A program made the translations under genes and the position numbers. From NCBI GenBank assembly GCA_028716965.1, contig JAQUOV010000002.1, positions 132,472 to 196,471 on the forward strand: a DNA stretch of 64,000 bases, in the 5' to 3' direction. Source of the DNA: Candidatus Omnitrophota bacterium. GTDB lineage: Bacteria; Omnitrophota; Gorgyraeia; Gygaellales; Profunditerraquicolaceae. The notes beneath the pieces are model-generated. The model made no database searches. It was not told where the DNA came from and saw only the letters and a program-made list of their open reading frames with translations. This document shows, in pieces, positions 48,099 through 56,826 of the stretch (positions are counted from its first letter, which is position 1; each line of letters begins with the position of its first letter).

Positions 48099-48912
48099 AC
48101 ATATTGATGAGGTAGAGTTTACTATATTTGATACGGAGACTACCGGACTTAACCCGGCTTCCGGGGATCGTATAGTTGAGCTGGCGGGCTTAAGAGTTAA
48201 AGGCAGGGAGAGAATTGCTAAATTCGATATGTTAGCTAACCCGGGCAGAGAAATTTCCCCGGAAGCTTTTGCGGTCAATAAGATCACGCCGGAGATGCTT
48301 AAAGATGCCCCAGCCATAGAGATAGCAATACCCAGGTTTCTTGATTTTTCCCGGGGCAGCTTTCTTTGTTCCTACAATGTTGAATTTGATTTGAGTTTCT
48401 TGAACAGTGAATTAAGGTTTAGCGGTTTACCGGCCCTGGATGGCCAGGTTTTCTTTGATATATTGACTATGGCAAAACGCCTTATGCCGAACCAGCAACG
48501 TTATGCCCTTTGGTTTATAGCTGAGAAATTAGGGATTAAGACCAGGCAAGAACACCGTGCTTTTTCCGATGTGGAGATGGCCTGGGAGGTTTTTAGCAGG
48601 CTAAAAGATACCTGCCTGGAAAAAGGGATTACAAGGTTTGCCGATTTCTCAAGCCTATTTTCTTTTAATCCTAAATATTTGGAAAGTCCCCATTTTTTGA
48701 AGATATCCCAAGTTGAGAAAGCGATCAATTTAAAAGCGCGCCTGAAGATAAGATACCTGTCCGTAAAGGATGCGACTATCTCTTCAAGAGAGGTGATTCC
48801 TGCTGAAATCCGTCAGGAGGGGAAAAATAAATATTTAGTCGGGTTTTGTTGCCTAAAACAGGAAGAGCGTGTTTTTAAAATTGATAATATACTGGATCTG
48901 GAGATAGTTTAG
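48079..48912 (+). CDS. DEDDh 3'-5' exonuclease (DnaQ/RNase T-like) fused to a C-terminal WYL domain
   Basis: Exo motifs FTIFDTETTGL (Exo I), FLCSYNVEFDLSFL (Exo II) and HRAFSDVEMAWEVF (Exo III, H-x4-D). The C-terminal ~100 aa ends in KYLVGFCCLKQEERVFKIDNILDLEIV, matching the WYL-domain pattern (xYL...R.F.ldRI). Confidence 0.65.
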   Translation: MQPEMLKHIDEVEFTIFDTETTGLNPASGDRIVELAGLRVKGRERIAKFDMLANPGREISPEAFAVNKITPEMLKDAPAIEIAIPRFLDFSRGSFLCSYNVEFDLSFLNSELRFSGLPALDGQVFFDILTMAKRLMPNQQRYALWFIAEKLGIKTRQEHRAFSDVEMAWEVFSRLKDTCLEKGITRFADFSSLFSFNPKYLESPHFLKISQVEKAINLKARLKIRYLSVKDATISSREVIPAEIRQEGKNKYLVGFCCLKQEERVFKIDNILDLEIV

Positions 48913-48980
48913 CGATATTGGTGTTGAATTAGCCGGCCAGCCTGGTTAAAATGTAGGGAATTGGATGAAAGGCGAAGAGC

Positions 48981-50912
48981 GTGTTAAAAAAACATAATGA
49001 CAGTTTAGGTGCGGAACGCAGAAAATATATCCGCCTGGATACCGTCTTACCTGTACAGTTCCGTTTGGAAAGCCTGGACAGCAAACAATCATTGTCACCA
49101 TGGATCCAGGGTTTTACTAACAATATTGGACACGGAGGCATATGTCTTTCGGTAAATGACCTTGCGCCTGAGTTTATAAATTTAATCCGCGAGAAAAAGG
49201 TAAAGCTTGCCATAGAGATCGATATGCCTTTAGGCGGCGATTCTGTATGTGCATCGGTTTCTTTGGCCTGGGTCAAAGAAGGCGGGGGTTTGTCCAAACG
49301 TTATTTAGTGGGTTTAGATTATGAAAAGATCAACCCGGGGCAAAACAGCAGGCTTATACGTTATGCCTGGGCAAGAAAGCTATTTTTACCATTCGTAATC
49401 TTGTCTGTTTTCATTTTGAGTTTGTCTTTGGGGATCGGCGCTTATTTAAACATACAACTGACCCATAAGAATAAGATGCTCGTTGAAGAGCTGGTAGGGG
49501 TTTTGCAAGAATCCAAGTCGGCTAAAGAGCAGTTAAGGCAGATAGCCCAGGAAAAAGCAGCTTTGCAAAGCAGGATTAGTTCCTTGAGTTCACAAATTAA
49601 GTCTATTGCCGAGAAGAAAAGCGTACAAGCTCCGGCTTCCATCGATAATGCAAATGAGTTAAACGGCATAATCGTAGGGCTTGTCCAGGAAAGGGACCTT
49701 CTGCAGGCCAAACTGGCTTCTTTGCAATTAAATGAAAAGACGGCCCAGGCAGAATCGTTGCGCCTTGAGAACAAAAAACTGGTTTTGGAAAAGGCGAACC
49801 TGGATAAAATGTACCAGTGGTTTAAGGTGCGCCAGAACCCGCGCACGGGCCTGGTAATGAGCTTCGAAGGAGATAAGGATATAGATAGCTGGGCCTTTCT
49901 TTACGACCAGGCTTTGCTGATTCAGGTTTATATAAAATTCTCGGATTTTCCACGCGCAAGGAAGATCCTCGATTTCTTTGCTGATGATGCAAAACGGCAA
50001 GACGGATGGTTCCTTAATGCCTACTATGTCAATGACGGCTCTCCTGCAGAATACGTACTGCACTCCGGGCCGAATATCTGGCTGGGTATTTCTATCCTTC
50101 AGTATACCCGCGTCACCGGCGATAAGAAATATTTGAGAATAGCCGAAGAGATCGCCAGTAATATAATCCAGCTGCAGAATTCAGACCCCGAGAACGGTAT
50201 ACGTGGAGGACCGCAGATGAGCTGGTATTCTACGGAGCACCATTTGGATGCTTATGCTTTTTTCAAAATGTTGGCGAGTATAACCAGTACCAGTAAGTAT
50301 GAACAAGCAGGGGAAAAAACTTTGAATTGGCTGGTAAGGCATACTTATGACCGTCAGGACCTGCCGATTAAGCGCGGCAAGGGTGATTCTACTATTGCCA
50401 CGGATACTTACGCATGGTCTATCGCTGCCATTGGCCCGGCTAAGCTTAAGTCTTTAGGTATGGACCCGGATAAAATTATGGAGTTTGTTGAAGAAAATTG
50501 TAGCGTAGAGGTTAACTTCAACCGGCCGGGGGGGCAGGTAGTTAAAATCCGTGGTTTTGATTTTGCCCCGCAACGCAACCTCTCCCGGGGCGGAGTAGTC
50601 TCAAGCGAATGGACAGCCCAGATGGTTGTGTCTTTTAAGATTATGGCAGATTATTACCGCAAGAATGGACAAGCGGATAAGGCCGCTGTTTATCAGGATA
50701 AAGCGGATAACTATCTGGCTCAGCTGGGAAAGACGATTATCTCCAGTCCTTCTCCTTCGGGCCAGGGTGAAGGCTGCCTGCCTTATGCCACGCAGGATTA
50801 TGTGGATACTGGCCATGGCTGGATGACCCCAAAAGGCAAACATACCGGCTCGGTATCGGGGACTGCTTATACTATTTTTGCCTATTATGGCGTCAATCCT
50901 TTGGAATCTTAA
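48981..50912 (+). CDS. PilZ-domain membrane protein with long coiled-coil and large C-terminal domain (possibly (alpha/alpha)6 glycosidase-like)
   Basis: 643 aa. The N-terminal PilZ-like motifs are RRKYIR (RxxxR) and NIGHGGICLSV ((D/N)xSxxG-like). A TM helix LFLPFVILSVFILSLSLGIGAYL and a coiled coil follow. The C-terminal ~350-aa Trp/Tyr-rich domain is of uncertain fold. Confidence 0.5.
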   Translation: MLKKHNDSLGAERRKYIRLDTVLPVQFRLESLDSKQSLSPWIQGFTNNIGHGGICLSVNDLAPEFINLIREKKVKLAIEIDMPLGGDSVCASVSLAWVKEGGGLSKRYLVGLDYEKINPGQNSRLIRYAWARKLFLPFVILSVFILSLSLGIGAYLNIQLTHKNKMLVEELVGVLQESKSAKEQLRQIAQEKAALQSRISSLSSQIKSIAEKKSVQAPASIDNANELNGIIVGLVQERDLLQAKLASLQLNEKTAQAESLRLENKKLVLEKANLDKMYQWFKVRQNPRTGLVMSFEGDKDIDSWAFLYDQALLIQVYIKFSDFPRARKILDFFADDAKRQDGWFLNAYYVNDGSPAEYVLHSGPNIWLGISILQYTRVTGDKKYLRIAEEIASNIIQLQNSDPENGIRGGPQMSWYSTEHHLDAYAFFKMLASITSTSKYEQAGEKTLNWLVRHTYDRQDLPIKRGKGDSTIATDTYAWSIAAIGPAKLKSLGMDPDKIMEFVEENCSVEVNFNRPGGQVVKIRGFDFAPQRNLSRGGVVSSEWTAQMVVSFKIMADYYRKNGQADKAAVYQDKADNYLAQLGKTIISSPSPSGQGEGCLPYATQDYVDTGHGWMTPKGKHTGSVSGTAYTIFAYYGVNPLES

Positions 50913-50915
50913 ATA

Positions 50916-51554
50916 ATGAAGCGCAGGTTAAACCGTATCTTTTTACGGCTTTACTCTTTTTTCGGTCCGCAATATTGGTGGCCCGCGGATAGTGGTTTTG
51001 AAGTAATCATAGGGGCGATTCTTACGCAGAATACTAATTGGGGCAATGTAGAAAAGGCAATCTCATACATTAAAAAAGAAGGATACCTTGATCCGGAAAG
51101 GCTTTTGAAGCTTCCCCTTCATAAGCTGGCACGTTTAATTAAAAGCGCGGGCTATTATAATATTAAAGCAGCCAGGATCAAAAATTTCCTCAAGTTCTTT
51201 TTTGACTCATATTCGGCTGATCTAAAACGCATGTCCGGAAAAGATCCAGCAGCCCTGCGCAAGCAATTACTTGCGGTTAAGGGGATCGGCCCGGAGACAG
51301 CAGATTCCATTTTGCTTTATGCCTTAAATAAACCTGTATTCGTGATCGATGCCTATACTAAAAGAATATTCTCCCGGCACCATCTTTTAGAAGAAGACGC
51401 TACTTATGAGCAGGCCCAGGATGTTTTTATGCGTAACCTCAAGAGCGAAGTAAGATTGTTTAATGAATATCACGCTCTTTTAGTAAAATTGGGCAAGGAT
51501 TATTGCCGTAAACATAACCCCAAATGCGAGATCTGTCCGCTCCATGGTCAATAA
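50916..51554 (+). CDS. HhH-GPD superfamily DNA glycosylase (endonuclease III-like)
   Basis: 212 aa with HhH LLAVKGIGPETADSILLYAL and catalytic Asp in VFVIDAYTKRIFSRH. The C-terminal CRKHNPKCEICPL carries only 3 Cys of a possible Fe-S loop. Confidence 0.7.
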   Translation: MKRRLNRIFLRLYSFFGPQYWWPADSGFEVIIGAILTQNTNWGNVEKAISYIKKEGYLDPERLLKLPLHKLARLIKSAGYYNIKAARIKNFLKFFFDSYSADLKRMSGKDPAALRKQLLAVKGIGPETADSILLYALNKPVFVIDAYTKRIFSRHHLLEEDATYEQAQDVFMRNLKSEVRLFNEYHALLVKLGKDYCRKHNPKCEICPLHGQ

Positions 51555-52671
51555 AAAACGCTTAACAAAAACAATACAGAAACTAATTTCTCTGGATTCC
51601 CAGAATCCCCCCGGGAATGAGGAGAAGATTGCCGGTTTTGTAAGCTCTTATTTGAAGACTTTAGGCCTTAAAACCAAAACTTATGCGTTTAGCGACAAAA
51701 GGGTTAATGTTGTGGCTGTTCTTAAAGGCAGCAAAAGCAATAGGTCGCTTTTGTTGACTCCCCATCTGGATACTGTGCCGGCTGGTAAAAACTGGAAACT
51801 TGACCCGTTTAATGCTAAGATTATCGGGGATAAAATCTATGGTTTAGGGGCAACAGACTGCAAAGGGAACCTGGCCAGCGGCATGGAGGCAATCAGCTCA
51901 ATAGTTGAAGACGGCATTAAACTTGATTATGATTTGGTGTTCGCTGCTACCGCTGATGAGGAAAGCGGTTCATCTTTAGGGTTAATACCATTGCTTGAGC
52001 GCGGTATTCTAAAGGCGGATGCCGCGGTAGTCCTGGATGCGGATGAGTTTGAAATTATTATTACGCAAAAAGGGCTCGTGCACCTTAAGGTCTACATTAA
52101 AGGCAGAAAAGCGCATGGCGCCTATCCCTGGTTGGGGATTAATGCCATAGATATAGCGGCCAGGATAATCGTAGATTTAAAAGAACAGAGGATCGATTAT
52201 AAGAAGAACAAGTATTTGCGTCCTCCTACAATTAACGTCGGCACTATAAGCGGCGGGGATAAGGTAAATGTGGTCAGCGACTGGTGTGAGTTTGAACTGG
52301 ATTTCAGGTTTTTGCCGGGGGAATCGCAAAAAGAAATTTTGAGCTCTTTAAGAAAAATTATTTCCAAGTATACTAGAAATTTTAAAATCGAGGTTCAATG
52401 GATACAGGCGCCCTATAATATTGAATCCGGTCATCCTTTGGTAAAGGGTCTTGTTTCCGCAATGAGGGATCTAAAAATTAGTCCGCATATCAGCGGATTG
52501 GAGGGGGCGACAGTAATAACTTTCTTTAAACTCAAGAATATACCGGCCGTAGCCACTGGTTTTGGCACTCAGAAATGCGCGCATATTGCAGATGAATATG
52601 CCTGTTTAAGCAGCCTATATAAAGGCGCGCAGGTCCTGGTATCATTTTTGAACAGTTATAAGTTTAACTAA
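51544..52671 (+). CDS. M20 family peptidase (ArgE/DapE-like deacylase)
   Basis: 375 aa with the metal ligands HLDTVP, GATDCKG, ATADEESG and the dimerisation-domain pattern. Confidence 0.8.
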   Translation: MVNKKRLTKTIQKLISLDSQNPPGNEEKIAGFVSSYLKTLGLKTKTYAFSDKRVNVVAVLKGSKSNRSLLLTPHLDTVPAGKNWKLDPFNAKIIGDKIYGLGATDCKGNLASGMEAISSIVEDGIKLDYDLVFAATADEESGSSLGLIPLLERGILKADAAVVLDADEFEIIITQKGLVHLKVYIKGRKAHGAYPWLGINAIDIAARIIVDLKEQRIDYKKNKYLRPPTINVGTISGGDKVNVVSDWCEFELDFRFLPGESQKEILSSLRKIISKYTRNFKIEVQWIQAPYNIESGHPLVKGLVSAMRDLKISPHISGLEGATVITFFKLKNIPAVATGFGTQKCAHIADEYACLSSLYKGAQVLVSFLNSYKFN

Positions 52672-52697
52672 TTGTAAGGTATCTTCCGCCTTAAAAA

Positions 52698-52732
52698 CTA
52701 TACCAAAATTATCGTAGAGAATTTTGGTATAT
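52698..52732. repeat. Inverted repeat (ctataccaaaatt / aattttggtatat) downstream of the M20 gene
   Basis: 12/13-bp arms with a 9-nt loop and no following T-run. It could be a terminator hairpin or an operator. Confidence 0.3.
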
Positions 52733-52801
52733 TCGGCGGGATTTCGCTAAACAAGAGCATAAGGTGCTCAAATTCACACATTGATTTACTCATACTGGTG
52801 C

Positions 52802-52815
52802 CTGCCTGCAGGCAG
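52802..52815. promoter_or_regulatory. 14-bp perfect palindrome CTGCCTGCAGGCAG about 40 nt upstream of the PAC2-like gene
   Basis: A perfect dyad read directly from the sequence. It is a candidate operator for a dimeric regulator. Confidence 0.3.
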
Positions 52816-52854
52816 TTATTCGTAAATCAAGTATTCATTTAAAGGAGAATTAGA

Positions 52855-53844
52855 ATGGAAATGTTAAAGATATCTAAAAGGCCGCGGCTTAAAAAGCCAT
52901 ATCTCATTGTTGCCTGGCCGGGCATGGGGGAGGTTGCGTTTAAGGCTGCGGCTTATTTAATCGAAGAGTTAAAGGCTCAGGAGTTCGCCTATCTCCAGCC
53001 GGAAGAGTTTTTTTATCTGACCGGCAGCGTTATACAGTCTGGAATATTGGAAACCCCTCTCCTGCCGCAGGGAAAATTCTATTATTGGAGGAATCCCGCG
53101 GCAAAACGCGCAGGGACGGGGAAAAACGACTTGATTATTTTTCTAAGTAATGCCCAGCCTGACCTATCTAAGGCGGATAATTACGCAAAGATAATTATTG
53201 ATTTGGCTAAGGGTTTAGGCGTGGAAATGGTCGTTAGTTTTGCTTCTATGCCCCAGGCAACCGATCATACCCAAGATTCACGCGTCTGGTTTGCGGCGAC
53301 GGATAAGAAAACAAAAGAAAGTCTGGATAAATATAACTTTATTCCGTTGGAAGACGGACAGATTAGCGGGATGAACGGTTTGTTCCTGGGTATGGCCAAG
53401 AAATCGGGGTTGAAAGGATTCTGCCTGCTCGGCGATATACCCCTTTATACAATTCAGATTGAAAATCCTAAGGCTTCAGCCGCAGTGCTCCTTGGGTTGG
53501 GGAAGATTATAAATCTGCAGATAAATGTACAGCCATTAAAGGAGCAGGCGCAGACGATGGAAAATGAAATTAACAAGCTTTTGGATTATCTGAAGCTCGG
53601 TAGCTCCGGACAGGCCGCTCCTATAGGCGAGGAGGAGGTGGAGCTGATCAAGAAGACCTTAAGTCAGTTTACTAAATTACCGGTTTCGGTAAAAGAAAAA
53701 ATCGAGAAGCTTTTTGAAGAAAGCCGCCTTGACATTACCCGGGCCAGTGAACTAAAAGTGGAACTGGACAAATGGAATGTTTATAAGGAATATGAGGATA
53801 GGTTCCTGGATTTATTCAGGAAGAGCACGGATAAAGGCAATTAA
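52855..53844 (+). CDS. PAC2-family (proteasome-assembly-chaperone-like) protein with C-terminal coiled coil
   Basis: 329 aa. N-terminal KKPYLIVAWPGMGEVAFKAAAYLIEEL and ...SGMNGLFLGMAKKSGLKGFCLLGDIP resemble the PAC2/DUF75 family. Assignment is from pattern memory. Confidence 0.45.
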   Translation: MEMLKISKRPRLKKPYLIVAWPGMGEVAFKAAAYLIEELKAQEFAYLQPEEFFYLTGSVIQSGILETPLLPQGKFYYWRNPAAKRAGTGKNDLIIFLSNAQPDLSKADNYAKIIIDLAKGLGVEMVVSFASMPQATDHTQDSRVWFAATDKKTKESLDKYNFIPLEDGQISGMNGLFLGMAKKSGLKGFCLLGDIPLYTIQIENPKASAAVLLGLGKIINLQINVQPLKEQAQTMENEINKLLDYLKLGSSGQAAPIGEEEVELIKKTLSQFTKLPVSVKEKIEKLFEESRLDITRASELKVELDKWNVYKEYEDRFLDLFRKSTDKGN

Positions 53845-53847
53845 TAA

Positions 53848-54513
53848 ATGTCCGAGTCCAGAATAAAAGTTGTGCTTTTTGATTTAGGCAATGTACTGGT
53901 AGATTTTGACTTAAGGCCTGCCGTAGAAAGGATCTCCGGTTTTTGCAGCAAAGCTCCCGGCGAAATATTCAAGCTTTTTCTTGATTCAGGCGCAACCATT
54001 TCATTCGAAAAGGGGGAACTGTCAGCAGAGGAGTTTTATGTACGGGTAAAGGATGCGTTGGGTATAAAGCTTGGATATGAGTCTTTTGTCTCCATTTGGA
54101 ACGAAGTTTTCTTTTTTAGCCCGAAAAACCGCGCCGTCTACCATATCGCCAATCGCCTTAAGAAAAACTATCGCATCGCCCTGCTGTCCAACACCAATAT
54201 TTTGCATTTTAGGCATATTAAAAGTAGCTTTCCTATTTTTAATATTTTCGAAAGGCTTTTTTTGTCTTTTGAAATCGGAGCTGTCAAACCGGAAAAGATA
54301 ATTTATCAAAAGGTAATTAAAGAATTGGGGGTTTTGCCGGAAAATATATTTTATACCGATGACCGCCCCGAACTGGTAAAGGGCGCTTCCTGCCTTGGGA
54401 TTAAAAGTTTCCTTTTTACTGGCGCTGAGCAGTTAATCAAGGATCTGGTTAGCCTGGATATTATTTTGGGAGGTTGTCAAGAATCCTGCCAGCTAGGCGA
54501 ATTTTTGCGTTAG
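53848..54513 (+). CDS. HAD-superfamily hydrolase (subfamily IA)
   Basis: Motif I VVLFDLGNVLVDFD, motif II LLSNTN, and motif III/IV ...K.....DD. Confidence 0.75.
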   Translation: MSESRIKVVLFDLGNVLVDFDLRPAVERISGFCSKAPGEIFKLFLDSGATISFEKGELSAEEFYVRVKDALGIKLGYESFVSIWNEVFFFSPKNRAVYHIANRLKKNYRIALLSNTNILHFRHIKSSFPIFNIFERLFLSFEIGAVKPEKIIYQKVIKELGVLPENIFYTDDRPELVKGASCLGIKSFLFTGAEQLIKDLVSLDIILGGCQESCQLGEFLR

Positions 54514-54596
54514 CTTCGTATGTTCAAGCAGTAGTTTTGTTACAAAACTTCAGTCTGCCAGCCGGATATAATTAATTTCACAACTCCTTAATAAAC

Positions 54597-54625
54597 TTGC
54601 AGTTTAATTTCAAACGTAATATAAT
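54597..54625 (+). promoter_or_regulatory. Sigma70-like promoter (TTGCAG, 17 nt, TATAAT) giving a probable leaderless transcript for the GT1 gene
   Basis: A perfect TATAAT at 54620..54625 is 6 nt before the ATG at 54632, with TTGCAG at 17-nt spacing. There is no Shine-Dalgarno. Confidence 0.4.
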
Positions 54626-54631
54626 AAACAA

Positions 54632-55792
54632 ATGGGCTACTGTCGGAAAATCAACCTCCTCTATATAATTACAAAGCTGGAATTAGGAGGGGCCCAAAAA
54701 CAGCTTTTAAGCCTTGTCCGCACGCTGGATAAAGAAAGATTCAATGCGTATATAATTACCGCCCGGGATGGTTTATTGGTTGAGGCGGCGGAAAAGACTC
54801 CCGGCCTTAAATTAATACGTTGCAGGTTCCTTGAAAGGCCCATCAGGCCTATTCAGGACATTTTGGCTTTATTTTTTATATATCGTTTTATAAGAAACAA
54901 TGATATAGATATAGTCCATACACATAGTTCCAAGGCAGGTATCTTAGGAAGATTGGCGGCTAAGGCCTCCGGGGTCAAAACAATTATACATACTGTCCAT
55001 GGGTGGAGTTTCCATGATTACCAGTCCGGAATAACTCATTATTTTTACCTATTCCTGGAAAAGCTCTGCGCTTGCCTGTCCAGCGCGATAATCATCGTCT
55101 CTCAATCGGATAAAAAACGAGCCTTGCATAATTCGCTCGGCAGGCCGGATCAGTATAAATTAATAAGATACGCCGTCGATTATGCGGAATTTGAAAACAA
55201 CAAGCGGGTTTCCCGGGCAAGAAAAGAGCTTGGTTTATCCGAGACAGATCTGGCCGTAGGCATGGTCGCTTGTTTTAAGCCGCAGAAATCTCCCCTGGAC
55301 TTCATAAAACTGGCCAGTTCCATTAAAAAAGATATCCCTAATGTTAAATTCATTTTGGTCGGAGACGGAATCCTGCGTAATAAAATTTGCGCGTTGATAA
55401 ATAAACTTAATTTAAATGAACAGATTATTCTCACAGGTTGGCGCGGTGACATTGCTTCAATTATGTCTTGTTTAGATGTTTTTGTTTTAACCTCGTTATG
55501 GGAGGGCCTGCCGATTGCCGTTTTAGAGGCGATGGCCGCGGGATTACCAGTAGTAGCTACTGATACCGGCGGCATAAGCGAGGTCGTCCTGGATGGCAAA
55601 ACAGGTTACTTGGTTAAACCCCGTGATATACAGACTTTGCAGGATAAACTAAGAAAGTTGTTAATAGAGCCTGGCTTGCGGGAAGAGTTTGGCAGACTTG
55701 CTATCGCAACCTTAAAATCTAAGGAGTATTCATTAGATAATATGCTTAAGAATACCACTCAGCTTTATTTGGATTTGTGCCCCGTGGTTTAA
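54632..55792 (+). CDS. Glycosyltransferase family 1 (GT4-type)
   Basis: 386 aa with the C-terminal EGLPIAVLEAMAAGLPVVATDTGG (E-x7-E motif region). Confidence 0.85.
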   Translation: MGYCRKINLLYIITKLELGGAQKQLLSLVRTLDKERFNAYIITARDGLLVEAAEKTPGLKLIRCRFLERPIRPIQDILALFFIYRFIRNNDIDIVHTHSSKAGILGRLAAKASGVKTIIHTVHGWSFHDYQSGITHYFYLFLEKLCACLSSAIIIVSQSDKKRALHNSLGRPDQYKLIRYAVDYAEFENNKRVSRARKELGLSETDLAVGMVACFKPQKSPLDFIKLASSIKKDIPNVKFILVGDGILRNKICALINKLNLNEQIILTGWRGDIASIMSCLDVFVLTSLWEGLPIAVLEAMAAGLPVVATDTGGISEVVLDGKTGYLVKPRDIQTLQDKLRKLLIEPGLREEFGRLAIATLKSKEYSLDNMLKNTTQLYLDLCPVV

Positions 55793-55842
55793 AAGGGAGA
55801 CAGGTTAAACCAGTATAGTCCTATTCCTGGGAAGGAGGGGGA

Positions 55843-56826
55843 ATGCTCAGATACTTAATTATTTTCTCTAGTGCTTTAATTACCAGTATATTGTGTGTTT
55901 TTTTATTGGCAAGGGTTTCTTTAAAATATAAAATACTGCAAGCAAAGGGTATCCCTTTGGCAGGAGGTTTGGGTATAGGGGCGGCTTTTGTATTTTCTTC
56001 TTGCTTAGGTGTATATGTATATGGTATCTCCGGAGCCAAGATTTTTTCAATCCTCGGTGCCGCTCTTTTAATGCTGTTTTTTGGCATAGTCGATGATTTT
56101 AAAGAGCTCTCTATCCTGCAAAAATTCCTAGCCCAATCTTTTTGCGCGGCCCTGCTGATCTCCTCCGGGGTAATGACCGATATTATATATCTGGGGTTTT
56201 GGGGGAATGTCATAGTTACATTCTTCTGGATTTTAGGCATTACCAATGCCTTTAACTTATTGGATATTATGGATGGCCTGGCTGCCGGCACCGCATTAAT
56301 TGTAAGCAGCGCATTATTAACGGTAGCGTTTTTTAATCCAGATTTAGATATGCAGATCTTATCACTTATTTTATGCGCAGTAACTTTTGGATTCCTGATC
56401 TTCAACCTGCCTCCGGCCAGGGTGTACCTGGGCAACTCCGGGAGCCATTTCTTAGGTTTTATGATTTGCGCCATCGCCCTGGTTTTACGCTATGCCTCTA
56501 AAAATAACGTTTTTGCCTTGTTAAGCCCTGTAGTAATTTTGTGGCTTCCAATTACAGATACGCTCCTGCTGATTATTTTCAGGATAATGAAAAAAAAGAT
56601 GCCTTTTAAAAAAAGCAATGATCATATCGCTTTTAGAATAAAGTTTTTTGCTTCCTCTCCCACAAAGACTATTCTGGTTATGTTCTTATTATGTTTTATT
56701 TTTGCTCTTGCGGGAGTGATTTTAGTGAAAGTAACTAATTTTGTGGCAAGCGGTATTATTATGGCCATGTTTTTGTTCAGCGTCATTTTATTCTGGAAGC
56801 TGATTAAAGTAGATATATATGAGTAA
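55843..56826 (+). CDS. Polyprenyl-phosphate sugar-1-phosphate transferase (MraY/WecA, glycosyltransferase family 4)
   Basis: 327 aa, polytopic, with GIVDDFKELS and NAFNLLDIMDGLAAG conserved motifs. Confidence 0.75.
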   Translation: MLRYLIIFSSALITSILCVFLLARVSLKYKILQAKGIPLAGGLGIGAAFVFSSCLGVYVYGISGAKIFSILGAALLMLFFGIVDDFKELSILQKFLAQSFCAALLISSGVMTDIIYLGFWGNVIVTFFWILGITNAFNLLDIMDGLAAGTALIVSSALLTVAFFNPDLDMQILSLILCAVTFGFLIFNLPPARVYLGNSGSHFLGFMICAIALVLRYASKNNVFALLSPVVILWLPITDTLLLIIFRIMKKKMPFKKSNDHIAFRIKFFASSPTKTILVMFLLCFIFALAGVILVKVTNFVASGIIMAMFLFSVILFWKLIKVDIYE

